Shown piece after piece: positions 9,401 to 22,040 of a DNA stretch of 64,000 nucleotides. Both the position numbers and the translations under genes were made by a program. Source of the stretch: the human T2T-CHM13v2.0 reference genome, Homo sapiens; the NCBI RefSeq assembly GCF_009914755.1, contig NC_060943.1. One strand, given 5' to 3'. The notes below the pieces were generated by a model. That model was not told the DNA's origin, searched no databases, and saw nothing but the letters and a program-made list of their open reading frames with translations. The first letter of the stretch is position 1; each line of letters begins with the position of its first letter.

Positions 9401-11890
9401 GACGTGAGAGAGAGACAGAAGTCGGCACACAGACACGCACTGCGCGCGCACACACACAGACACACACACAGACGCACCCCCCCAACACACACACACACAC
9501 CCATAACGAACACACACGTACAGCAGGGAACACCCACCCGCAGGCAGCCCCTGAAGCTGCCGGGTTCTGCTCTCCGAGACTAAGAGCCACCGGTGAGAGA
9601 GCAGCCCACGGGCACACAGGCGGACCTGTGCTCGTCATCACAAGGGCTCCACTTTTGGGGAGACTCACCCGCACACCGTCCGCGCACGCCTGAGGTTGGG
9701 ATCCCGCGCTGCCTCGCCGGCGATCTGTCTGAGGTTTCTTCCTCTTGGGGTTTCTTCGTGCTGGTGGACCCTCCGCGAATCCCGGCCTCCGAAGACCGTC
9801 CTGGTAACTGCCCTGGCCAGGACTGGTCTCAGCCCAGACTCAGACGCACGATCACACAGGGCTCCTACTTCGCCAAGTGTCAGGGACCCATCCCCGGGCA
9901 ACGGTGGCTTTCACTGTGACCCAAGCGGCGGCTTGGGCCTCGCGCATGCGCACTGGCGAGGCCGACTCCCCCGCTCCACCCCCCCTTACTCCGCAGAGTC
10001 AGGCTGCGGACCCTTTAAAAAATGGCGGCGACGCGGCGGCTGCGGGGCCTGGGGCGGCGGTGCTGGAGGTTGCGGCGGCGGCGGTGGCGGCGCAGCCCGA
10101 GGCGGCGGGTGGGAAGAGGACTGCCAGAGGGGCCTGCGGGAGACCCAGGGTCGGACCCATAGGAGTCCTGTGGTGAGGACCTCCTTGATCGCTCTTCTGC
10201 TTCGGTTCCCGCTGAAGGAGGAGCTTCGAGATGCCGGCTGGGCTGCGCGGACTCCTCTTGGGGTCCGATGATGGATCCAACCGGGTAATCGGGAATGGGG
10301 TTCCAATGCAGTGAGGCCGAAAGGGTCTCGCCGGGGCACAGAAAGATCCCCAGGGCCGCAAGGCGTGCTGTCGGCTGCAAAGGGACCGACCCATGAGCCC
10401 ACTGCCTCCCTCCCTCCTGGCAGGAGCAGGGGCCTTCCTTCATCTCCAAGGCCCGAGGGCTCCGGCATCCCGACGCGGCTTCCGGCGACACGGGCAAAGA
10501 GAGACAGAGGCGAGTCCGAGCTGGAGCCAGCGTGTCCACATGTGGCACTGTCGTCCCCCAAGAGCACATGCAGGCAGCGTGTGTCTTTGAGGCCGTAGGG
10601 GGCGACGACGAGACGGACAGTGATGTCCAGGCGTGCGCCCGGGGGGCCACTGGAGACCTGCCCCACAAAGCGGAGGAAAAGCCAAGCGCACCTGAAAACC
10701 TGCGAGACAGGGCCTGTGCGCGAGTCCACGCCACGTTCAGGGAGGCCCGCCAGAGGAGCCGAGAGGTTTGGACAAAGTACACCCCACCCCCAGCCCGCCG
10801 CCGGCTAGGTACCCCTGACGCAACCTCCCCTGCACCCAGCCAAAACCCAGTCCCGTTGGCTCCCTGACATCCGTGGCAGCCAAAAGATTCGGTGCTAGAA
10901 GGCACTTTCCCCAGGAGCGGAGGAACCGGTTGGCCCTCAAGAATCAGAGAGGAAGTGCAGGTGGGATGCAACACCGCCTTTCCTAGAAGGCCAATGTCAG
11001 GAGCGGTGGGCTTGCCTCCGCCTCTTCCTGGACCGAGCGTGCAGCCATCACTTGGGCCATGGAGACCGAGAGAGCTTCCCTGTCCCACACAGGTATGGAA
11101 GCCCAGAGCTCCAAGATCACCACAGCTGCCCAATCATCCAGAAAGAGGTGTGGAGAGGGAAACAATCATGACGCGGACCGCCACGAGGTTTCTCCCTGAT
11201 GGACGGGGAAGTCTTCTTTGTGGAAGACACTGAGCCACACTAAGAAGCCGCCAGGCTTCTCAGAGACGGGGCAGACACAGCAAGAGGGAGGTCAGAGCAG
11301 ACGCCAGAGCACAGGCAGGATACGGGGGGACCATGCCACCACCACCGGCATCCGGGGAGGACTGTCAAACGGGTGACTCGGCCAGGAAGGCCAGCCTTTG
11401 AGAGACAGACATGCTTGCCGCCCCATCCCCTTGCCGGCTTCCTTCTCCGTCCCTGCGTCTAGCTGTGGCTACATTTCTCGATGAGGGCAGAGGGCGACAG
11501 GCGTGACAACCACCTTCTTGAAGCTCTGCGGGCACCCTCCTGCGGGTGGACAATGAGCGCCTGGGAGGCCGTTGTCCTTGGTTGGGGAGCGCTCGTCTGG
11601 ATCCAGCCTAGCAAAGAGGCTGCTCCGGATGGGGAGGGGATGAAAACCCCTGCGGGTTCGACGCCGATGCCCACGTTGCCCAGGCCTTCACAGACCCCCA
11701 AACTGGAACTGCCGGGACGACGACTGCCAACCGGCCACACGACCCAGGCAGAGACGCGGGGACACGCTGACCAGAAGAAAGGCCGACGTGCAAGAAACCC
11801 ACCCTCCGGCGCACAGGGCACATGTGTCCCAAGGCGCACGCACACACAGACGGACAGAGACAGACAGAGAGGGCGACGGAAACAGCGAGA

Positions 11891-11929
<39 letters not shown>

Positions 11930-14289
11930 GACGTGAGAGAGAGACAGAAGTCGGCACACAGACACGCACTGCGCGCGCACACACACAGACACACACACAG
12001 ACGCACCCCCCAACACACACACACACACCCATAACGAACACACACGTACAGCAGGGAACACCCACCCGCAGGCAGCCCCTGAAGCTGCCGGGTTCTGCTC
12101 TCCGAGACTAAGAGCCACCGGTGAGAGAGCAGCCCACGGGCACACAGGCGGACCTGTGCTCGTCATCACAAGGGCTCCACTTTTGGGGAGACTCACCCGC
12201 ACACCGTCCGCGCACGCCTGAGGCTGGGATGCCGCGCTGCCTCGCCGGCGATCTGTCTGAGTTTTCTTCCTCCTGGGGTTTCTTCCTGCTGGTGGACCCT
12301 CCGCGAATCCCGGCCTCCGGAGACCGTCCTGGTAACTGCCCTGGCCAGGACTGGTCTCAGCCCAGACTCAGACGCACGATCACACAGGGCTCCTACTTCG
12401 CCAAGTGTCAGGGACCCATCCCCGGGCAACGGTGGCTTTCACTGTGACCCAAGCGGCGGCTTGGGCCTCGCGCATGCGCACTGGCGAGGCCGACTCCCCC
12501 ACTCCACCCCCCCTTACTCCGCAGAGTCAGGCTGCGGACCCTTTAAAAAATGGCGGCGACGCGGCGGCTGCGGGGCCTGGGGCGGCGGTGCTGGAGGTTG
12601 CCGTGGCGGCGGTGGCGGCGCAGCCCGAGGCGGCGGGTGGGAAGAGGACTGCCAGAGGGGCCTGCGGGAGACCCAGGGTCGGACCCATAGGAGTCCTGTG
12701 GTGAGGACCTCCTTGAGCGCTCTTCTGCTTCGGTTCCCGCTGAAGGAGGAGCTTCGGGATGCCGGCTGGGCTGCGCGGACTCCTCTTGGGGTCCGATGAT
12801 GGATCCAACCGGGTGATCGGGAATGGGGTTCCAATGCAGTGAGGCCGAAAGGGTCTCGCCGGGGCACAGAAAGATCCCCAGGGCCGCAAGGCGTGCTGTC
12901 GGCTGCAAAGGCACCGACCCATGAGCCCACTGCCTCCCTCCCTCCTGGCAGGAGCAGGGGCCTGCCTTCATCTCCAAGGCCCGAGGGCTCCGGCATCCCG
13001 ACGCGGCTTCCGGCGACACGGGCAAAGAGAGACAGAGGCGAGTCCGAGCTGGAGCCAGCGTGTCCACATGTGGCACTGTCGTCCCCCAAGAGCACATGCA
13101 GGCAGCGTGTGTCTTTGAGGCCGTAGGGGGCGACGACGAGACGGACAGTGATGTCCAGGCGTGCGCCCGGGGGGCCACTGGAGACCTGCCCCACAAAGCG
13201 GAGGAAAAGCCAAGCGCACCTGAAAACCTGCGAGACAGGGCCTGTGCGCGAGTCCACGCCACGTTCAGGGAGGCCCGCCAGAGGAGCCGAGAGGTTTGGA
13301 CAAAGTACACCCCACCCCCAGCCCGCCGCCGGCTAGGTACCCCTGACGCAACCTCCCCTGCACCCAGCCAAAACCCAGTCCCGTTGGCTCCCTGACATCC
13401 GTGGCAGCCAAAAGATTCGGTGCTAGAAGGCACTTTCCCCAGGAGCGGAGGAACCGGTTGGCCCTCAAGAATCAGAGAGGAAGTGCAGGTGGGATGCAAC
13501 ACCGCCTTTCCTAGAAGGCCAATGTCAGGAGCGGTGGGCTTGCCTCCGCCTCTTCCTGGACCGAGCGTGCAGCCATCACTTGGGCCATGGAGACCGAGAG
13601 AGCTTCCCTGTCCCACACAGGTATGGAAGCCCAGAGCTCCAGGATCACCACAGCTGCCCAATCATCCAGAAAGAGGTGTGGAGAGGGAAACAATCATGAC
13701 GCGGACCGCCACGAGGTTTCTCCCTGATGGACGGGGAAGTCTTGTTTGTGGAAGACACTGAGCCACGCTAAGAAGCCGCCAGGCTTCTCAGAGACGGGGC
13801 AGACACAGCAAGAGGGAGGTCAGAGCAGAGGCCAGAGCCCAGGCAGGATACGGGGGGGCCATGCCACCACCACCGGCATCCGGGGAGGACTGTCAAACGG
13901 GTGACTCGGCCAGGAAGGCCAGCCTTTGAGAGACAGACATGCTTGCCCCATCCCCTTGCCGGCTTCCTTCTCCGTCCCTGCGTCGAGCTGTGGCTACATT
14001 TCTCGATGAGGGCAGAGGGCGACAGGCGTGACAACCACCTTCTTGAAGCTCTGCGGGCACCCTCCTGCGGGTGGACAATGAGCGCCTGGGAGGCCGTTGT
14101 CCTTGGTTGGGGAGCGCTCGTCTGGATCCAGCCTAGCAAAGAGGCTGCTCCGGATGGGGAGGGGATGAAAACCCCTGCGGGTTCGACGCCGATGCCCACG
14201 TTGCCCAGGCCTTCACAGACCCCCAAACTGGAACTGCCGGGACGACGACTGCCAACCGGCCACACGACCCAGGCAGAGACGCGGGGAGA

Positions 14290-14415
14290 GGCTGACCAGA
14301 AGAAAGGCCGACGTGCAAGAAACCCACCCTCCGGCGCACAGGGCACATGTGTCCCAAGGCGCACGCACACACAGACGGACAGAGACAGACAGAGAGGGCG
14401 ACGGAAACAGCGAGA

Positions 14416-14454
<39 letters not shown>

Positions 14455-16948
14455 GACGTGAGAGAGAGACAGAAGTCGGCACACAGACACGCACTGCGCG
14501 CGCACACACACAGACACACACACAGACGCATCCCCCCAACACACACACACACACACCCATAACGAACACACACGTACAGCAGGGAACACCCACCCGCAGG
14601 CAGCCCCTGAAGCTGCCGGGTTCTGCTCTCCGCGACTAAGAGCCACCGGTGAGAGAGCAGCCCACGGGCACACAGGCGGACCTGTGCTCGTCATCACAAG
14701 GGCTCCACTTTTGGGGAGACTCAGCCGCACACCGTCCGCGCACGCCTGAGGCTGGGATGCCGCGCTGCCTCGCCGGCGATCTGTCTGAGTTTTCTTCCTC
14801 CTGGGGTTTCTTCCTGCTGGTGGACCCTCCGCGAATCCCGGCCTCCGGAGACCGTCCTGGTAAATGCCCTGGCCAGGACTGGTCTCAGCCCAGACTCAGA
14901 CGCACGATCACACAGGGCTCCTACTTCGCCAAGTGTCAGGGACCCATCCCCGGGCAACGGTGGCTTTCACTGTGACCCAAGCGGCGGCTTGGGCCTCGCG
15001 CATGCGCACTGGCGAGGCCGACTCCCCCGCTCCACCCCCCCTTACTCCGCAGAGTCAGGCTGCGGACCCTTTAAAAAATGGCGGCGACGCGGCGGCTGCG
15101 GGGCCTGGGGCGGCGGTGCTGGAGGTTGCGGCGGCGGCGGTGGCGGCGCAGCCCGAGGCGGCGGGTGGGAAGAGGACTGCCAGAGGGGCCTGCGGGAGAC
15201 CCAGGGTCGGACCCATAGGAGTCCTGTGGTGAGGACCTCCTTGATCGCTCTTCTGCTTCGGTTCCCGCGAAAGGAGGAGCTTCGGGATGCCGGCTGGGCT
15301 GCGCGGACTCCTCTTGGGGTCCGATGATGGATCCAACCGGGTGATCGGGAATGGGGTTCCAATGCAGTGAGGCCGAAAGGGTCTCGCCGGGGCACAGAAA
15401 GATCCCCAGGGCCGCAAGGCGTGCTGTCGGCTGCAAAGGCACCGACCCATGAGCCCACTGCCTCCCTCCCTCCTGGCAGGAGCAGGGGCCTGCCTTCATC
15501 TCCAAGGCCCGAGGGCTCCGGCATCCCGACGCGGCTTCCGGCGACACGGGCAAAGAGAGACAGAGGCGAGTCCGAGCTGGTGCCAGTGTGTCCACATATG
15601 GCACTGTCGTCCCCCAAGAGCACATGCAGGCAGCGTGTGTCTTTGAGGCCGTAGGGGGCGACGACGAGACGGACAGTGATGTCCAGGCGTGCGCCCGGGG
15701 GGCCACTGGAGACCTGCCCCACAAAGCGGAGGAAAAGCCAAGCGCACCTGAAAACCTGCGAGACAGGGCCTGTGCGCGAGTCCACGCCACGTTCAGGGAG
15801 GCCCGCCAGAGGAGCCGAGAGGTTTGGACAAAGTACACCCCACCCCCAGCCCGCCGCCGGCTAGGTACCCCTGACGCAACCTCCCCTGCACCCAGCCAAA
15901 ACCCAGTCCCGTTGGCTCCCTGACATCCGTGGCAGCCAAAAGATTCGGTGCTAGAAGGCACTTTCCCCAGGAGCGGAGGAACCGGTTGGCCCTCAAGAAT
16001 CAGAGAGGAAGTGCAGGTGGGATGCAACACCGCCTTTCCTAGAAGGCCAATGTCAGGAGCGGTGGGCTTGCCTCCGCCTCTTCCTGGACCGAGCGTGCAG
16101 CCATCACTTGGGCCATGGAGACCGAGAGAGCTTCCCTGTCCCACACAGGTATGGAAGCCCAGAGCTCCAAGATCACCACAGCTGCCCAATCATCCAGAAA
16201 GAGGTGTGGAGAGGGAAACAATCATGACGCGGACCGCCACGAGGTTTCTCCCTGATGGACGGGGAAGTCTTCTTTGTGGAAGACACTGAGCCACACTAAG
16301 AAGCCGCCAGGCTTCTCAGAGACGGGGCAGACACAGCAAGAGGGAGGTCAGAGCAGACGCCAGAGCACAGGCAGGATACGGGGGGACCATGCCACCACCA
16401 CCGGCATCCGGGGAGGACTGTCAAACGGGTGACTCGGCCAGGAAGGCCAGCCTTTGAGAGACAGACATGCTTGCCGCCCCATCCCCTTGCCGGCTTCCTT
16501 CTCCGTCCCTGCGTCTAGCTGTGGCTACATTTCTCGATGAGGGCAGAGGGCGACAGGCGTGACAACCACCTTCTTGAAGCTCTGCGGGCACCCTCCTGCG
16601 GGTGGACAATGAGCGCCTGGGAGGCCGTTGTCCTTGGTTGGGGAGCGCTCGTCTGGATCCAGCCTAGCAAAGAGGCTGCTCCGGATGGGGAGGGGATGAA
16701 AACCCTGCGGGTCCGACGCCCATGCCCACGTTGCCCAGGCCTTCACAGACCCCCAAACTGGAACCGCCGGGACGACGACTGCCAACCGGCCACACGACCC
16801 AGGCAGAGACGCGGGGACACGCTGACCAGAAGAAAGGCCGACGTGCAAGAAACCCACCCTCCGGCGCACAGGGCCCATGTGTCCCAAGGCGCACGCACAC
16901 ACAGACGGACAGAGACAGAAAGAGAGGGCGACCGAAAGAGCGAGAAGG

Positions 16949-16984
<36 letters not shown>

Positions 16985-19471
16985 CGTGAGAGAGAGACAG
17001 AAGTCGGCACACAGACACGCACTGCGCGCGCACACACACAGACACACACACAGACGCATCCCCCCAACACACACACACACACACCCATAACGAACACACA
17101 CGTACAGCAGGGAACACCCACCCGCAGGCAGCCCCTGAAGCTGCCGGGTTCTGCTCTCCGCGACTAAGAGCCACCGGTGAGAGAGCAGCCCACGGGCACA
17201 CAGGCGGACCTGTGCTCGTCATCACAAGGGCTCCACTTTTGGGGAGACTCACCCGCACACCGTCCGCGCACGCCTGAGGCTGGGATGCCGCGCTGCCTCG
17301 CCGGCGATCTGTCTGAGTTTTCTTCCTCCTGGGGTTTCTTCCTGCTGGTGGACCCTCCGCGAATCCCGGCCTCCGGAGACCGTCCTGGTAAATGCCCTGG
17401 CCAGGACTGGTCTCAGCCCAGACTCAGACGCACGATCACACAGGGCTCCTACTTCGCCAAGTGTCAGGGACCCATCCCCGGGCAACGGTGGCTTTCACTG
17501 TGACCCAAGCGGCGGCTTGGGCCTCGCGCATGCGCACTGGCGAGGCCGACTCCCCCGCTCCACCCCCCCTTACTCCGCAGAGTCAGGCTGCGGACCTTTT
17601 AAAAAATGGCGGCGACGCGGCGGCTGCGGGGCCTGGGGCGGCGGTGCTGGAGGTTGCGGCGGCGGCGGTGGCGGCGCAGCCCGAGGCGGCGGGTGGGAAG
17701 AGGACTGCCAGAGGGGCCTGCGGGAGACCCAGGGTCGGACCCATAGGAGTCCTGTGGTGAGGACCTCCTTGATCGCTCTTCTGCTTCGGTTCCCGCTGAA
17801 GGAGGAGCTTCGGGATGCCGGCTGGGCTGCGCGGACTCCTCTTGGGGTCCGATGATGGATCCAACCGGGTAATCGGGAATGGGGTTCCAATGCAGTGAGG
17901 CCGAAAGGGTCTCGCCGGGGCACAGAAAGATCCCCAGGGCCGCAAGGCGTGCTGTCGGCTGCAAAGGCACCGACCCATGAGCCCACTGCCTCCCTCCCTC
18001 CTGGCAGGAGCAGGGGCCTGCCTTCATCTCCAAGGCCCGAGGGCTCCGGCATCCCGACGCGGCTTCCGGCGACACGGGCAAAGAGAGACAGAGGCGAGTC
18101 CGAGCTGGAGCCAGCGTGTCCACATGTGGCACTGTCGTCCCCCAAGAGCACATGCAGGCAGCGTGTGTCTTTGAGGCCGTAGGGGGCGACGACGAGACGG
18201 ACAGTGATGTCCAGGCGTGCGCCCGGGGGGCCACTGGAGACCTGCCCCACAAAGCGGAGGAAAAGCCAAGCGCACCTGAAAACCTGCGAGACAGGGCCTG
18301 TGCGCGAGTCCACGCCACGTTCAGGGAGGCCCGCCAGAGGAGCGGAGAGGTTTGGACAAAGTACACCCCACCCCCAGCCCGCCGCCGGCTAGGTACCCCT
18401 GACGCAACCTCCCCTGCACCCAGCCAAAACCCAGTCCCGTTGGCTCCCTGACATCCGTGGCAGCCAAAAGATTCGGTGCTAGAAGGCACTTTCCCCAGGA
18501 GCGGAGGAACCGGTTGGCCCTCAAGAATCAGAGAGGAAGTGCAGGTGGGATGCAACACCGCCTTTCCTAGAAGGCCAATGTCAGGAGCGGTGGGCTTGCC
18601 TCCGCCTCTTCCTGGACCGAGCGTGCAGCCATCACTTGGGCCATGGAGACCGAGAGAGCTTCCCTGTCCCACACAGGTATGGAAGCCCAGAGCTCCAGGA
18701 TCACCACAGCTGCCCAATCATCCAGAAAGAGGTGTGGAGAGGGAAACAATCATGACGCGGACCGCCACGAGGTTTCTCCCTGATGGACGGGGAAGTCTTG
18801 TTTGTGGAAGACACTGAGCCACGCTAAGAAGCCGCCAGGCTTCTCAGAGACGGGGCAGACACAGCAAGAGGGAGGTCAGAGCAGAGGCCAGAGCCCAGGC
18901 AGGATACGGGGGGGCCATGCCACCACCACCGGCATCCGGGGAGGAGTGTCAAACGGGTGACTCGGCCAGGAAGGCCAGCCTTTGAGAGACAGACATGCTT
19001 GCCCCATCCCCTTGCCGGCTTCCTTCTCCGTCCCTGCGTCGAGCTGTGGCTACATTTCTCGATGAGGGCAGAGGGCGACAGGCGTGACAACCACCTTCTT
19101 GAAGCTCTGCGGGCACCCTCCTGCGGGTGGACAATGAGCGCCTGGGAGGCCGTTGTCCTTGGTTGGGGAGCGCTCGTCTGGATCCAGCCTAGCAAAGAGG
19201 CTGCTCCGGATGGGGAGGGGATGAAAACCCCTGCGGGTTCGACGCCAATGCCCACGTTGCCCAGGCCTTCACAGACCCCCAAACTGGAACTGCCGGGACG
19301 ACGACTGCCAACCGGCCACACGACCCAGGCAGAGACGCGGGGACAGGCTGACCAGAAGAAAGGCCGACGTGCAAGAAACCCACCCTCCGGCGCACAGGGC
19401 ACATGTGTCCCAAGGCGCACGCACACACAGACGGACAGAGACAGACAGAGAGGGCGACGGAAACAGCGAGA

Positions 19472-19510
<39 letters not shown>

Positions 19511-22004
19511 GACGTGAGAGAGAGACAGAAGTCGGCACACAGACACGCACTGCGCGCGCACACACACAGACACACACACAGACGCATCCCCCCAACACAC
19601 ACACACACACACCCATAACGAACACACACGTACAGCAGGGAACACCCACCCGCAGGCAGCCCCTGAAGCTGCCGGGTTCTGCTCTCCGCGACTAAGAGCC
19701 ACCGGTGAGAGAGCAGCCCACGGGCACACAGGCGGACCTGTGCTCGTCATCACAAGGGCTCCACTTTTGGGGAGACTCAGCCGCACACCGTCCGCGCACG
19801 CCTGAGGCTGGGATGCCGCGCTGCCTCGCCGGCGATCTGTCTGAGTTTTCTTCCTCCTGGGGTTTCTTCCTGCTGGTGGACCCTCCGCGAATCCCGGCCT
19901 CCGGAGACCGTCCTGGTAAATGCCCTGGCCAGGACTGGTCTCAGCCCAGACTCAGACGCACGATCACACAGGGCTCCTACTTCGCCAAGTGTCAGGGACC
20001 CATCCCCGGGCAACGGTGGCTTTCACTGTGACCCAAGCGGCGGCTTGGGCCTCGCGCATGCGCACTGGCGAGGCCGACTCCCCCGCTCCACCCCCCCTTA
20101 CTCCGCAGAGTCAGGCTGCGGACCCTTTAAAAAATGGCGGCGACGCGGCGGCTGCGGGGCCTGGGGCGGCGGTGCTGGAGGTTGCGGCGGCGGCGGTGGC
20201 GGCGCAGCCCGAGGCGGCGGGTGGGAAGAGGACTGCCAGAGGGGCCTGCGGGAGACCCAGGGTCGGACCCATAGGAGTCCTGTGGTGAGGACCTCCTTGA
20301 TCGCTCTTCTGCTTCGGTTCCCGCGAAAGGAGGAGCTTCGGGATGCCGGCTGGGCTGCGCGGACTCCTCTTGGGGTCCGATGATGGATCCAACCGGGTGA
20401 TCGGGAATGGGGTTCCAATGCAGTGAGGCCGAAAGGGTCTCGCCGGGGCACAGAAAGATCCCCAGGGCCGCAAGGCGTGCTGTCGGCTGCAAAGGCACCG
20501 ACCCATGAGCCCACTGCCTCCCTCCCTCCTGGCAGGAGCAGGGGCCTGCCTTCATCTCCAAGGCCCGAGGGCTCCGGCATCCCGACGCGGCTTCCGGCGA
20601 CACGGGCAAAGAGAGACAGAGGCGAGTCCGAGCTGGTGCCAGTGTGTCCACATATGGCACTGTCGTCCCCCAAGAGCACATGCAGGCAGCGTGTGTCTTT
20701 GAGGCCGTAGGGGGCGACGACGAGACGGACAGTGATGTCCAGGCGTGCGCCCGGGGGGCCACTGGAGACCTGCCCCACAAAGCGGAGGAAAAGCCAAGCG
20801 CACCTGAAAACCTGCGAGACAGGGCCTGTGCGCGAGTCCACGCCACGTTCAGGGAGGCCCGCCAGAGGAGCCGAGAGGTTTGGACAAAGTACACCCCACC
20901 CCCAGCCCGCCGCCGGCTAGGTACCCCTGACGCAACCTCCCCTGCACCCAGCCAAAACCCAGTCCCGTTGGCTCCCTGACATCCGTGGCAGCCAAAAGAT
21001 TCGGTGCTAGAAGGCACTTTCCCCAGGAGCGGAGGAACCGGTTGGCCCTCAAGAATCAGAGAGGAAGTGCAGGTGGGATGCAACACCGCCTTTCCTAGAA
21101 GGCCAATGTCAGGAGCGGTGGGCTTGCCTCCGCCTCTTCCTGGACCGAGCGTGCAGCCATCACTTGGGCCATGGAGACCGAGAGAGCTTCCCTGTCCCAC
21201 ACAGGTATGGAAGCCCAGAGCTCCAAGATCACCACAGCTGCCCAATCATCCAGAAAGAGGTGTGGAGAGGGAAACAATCATGACGCGGACCGCCACGAGG
21301 TTTCTCCCTGATGGACGGGGAAGTCTTCTTTGTGGAAGACACTGAGCCACACTAAGAAGCCGCCAGGCTTCTCAGAGACGGGGCAGACACAGCAAGAGGG
21401 AGGTCAGAGCAGACGCCAGAGCACAGGCAGGATACGGGGGGACCATGCCACCACCACCGGCATCCGGGGAGGACTGTCAAACGGGTGACTCGGCCAGGAA
21501 GGCCAGCCTTTGAGAGACAGACATGCTTGCCGCCCCATCCCCTTGCCGGCTTCCTTCTCCGTCCCTGCGTCTAGCTGTGGCTACATTTCTCGATGAGGGC
21601 AGAGGGCGACAGGCGTGACAACCACCTTCTTGAAGCTCTGCGGGCACCCTCCTGCGGGTGGACAATGAGCGCCTGGGAGGCCGTTGTCCTTGGTTGGGGA
21701 GCGCTCGTCTGGATCCAGCCTAGCAAAGAGGCTGCTCCGGATGGGGAGGGGATGAAAACCCTGCGGGTCCGACGCCCATGCCCACGTTGCCCAGGCCTTC
21801 ACAGACCCCCAAACTGGAACCGCCGGGACGACGACTGCCAACCGGCCACACGACCCAGGCAGAGACGCGGGGACACGCTGACCAGAAGAAAGGCCGACGT
21901 GCAAGAAACCCACCCTCCGGCGCACAGGGCCCATGTGTCCCAAGGCGCACGCACACACAGACGGACAGAGACAGAAAGAGAGGGCGACCGAAAGAGCGAG
22001 AAGG

Positions 22005-22040
<36 letters not shown>

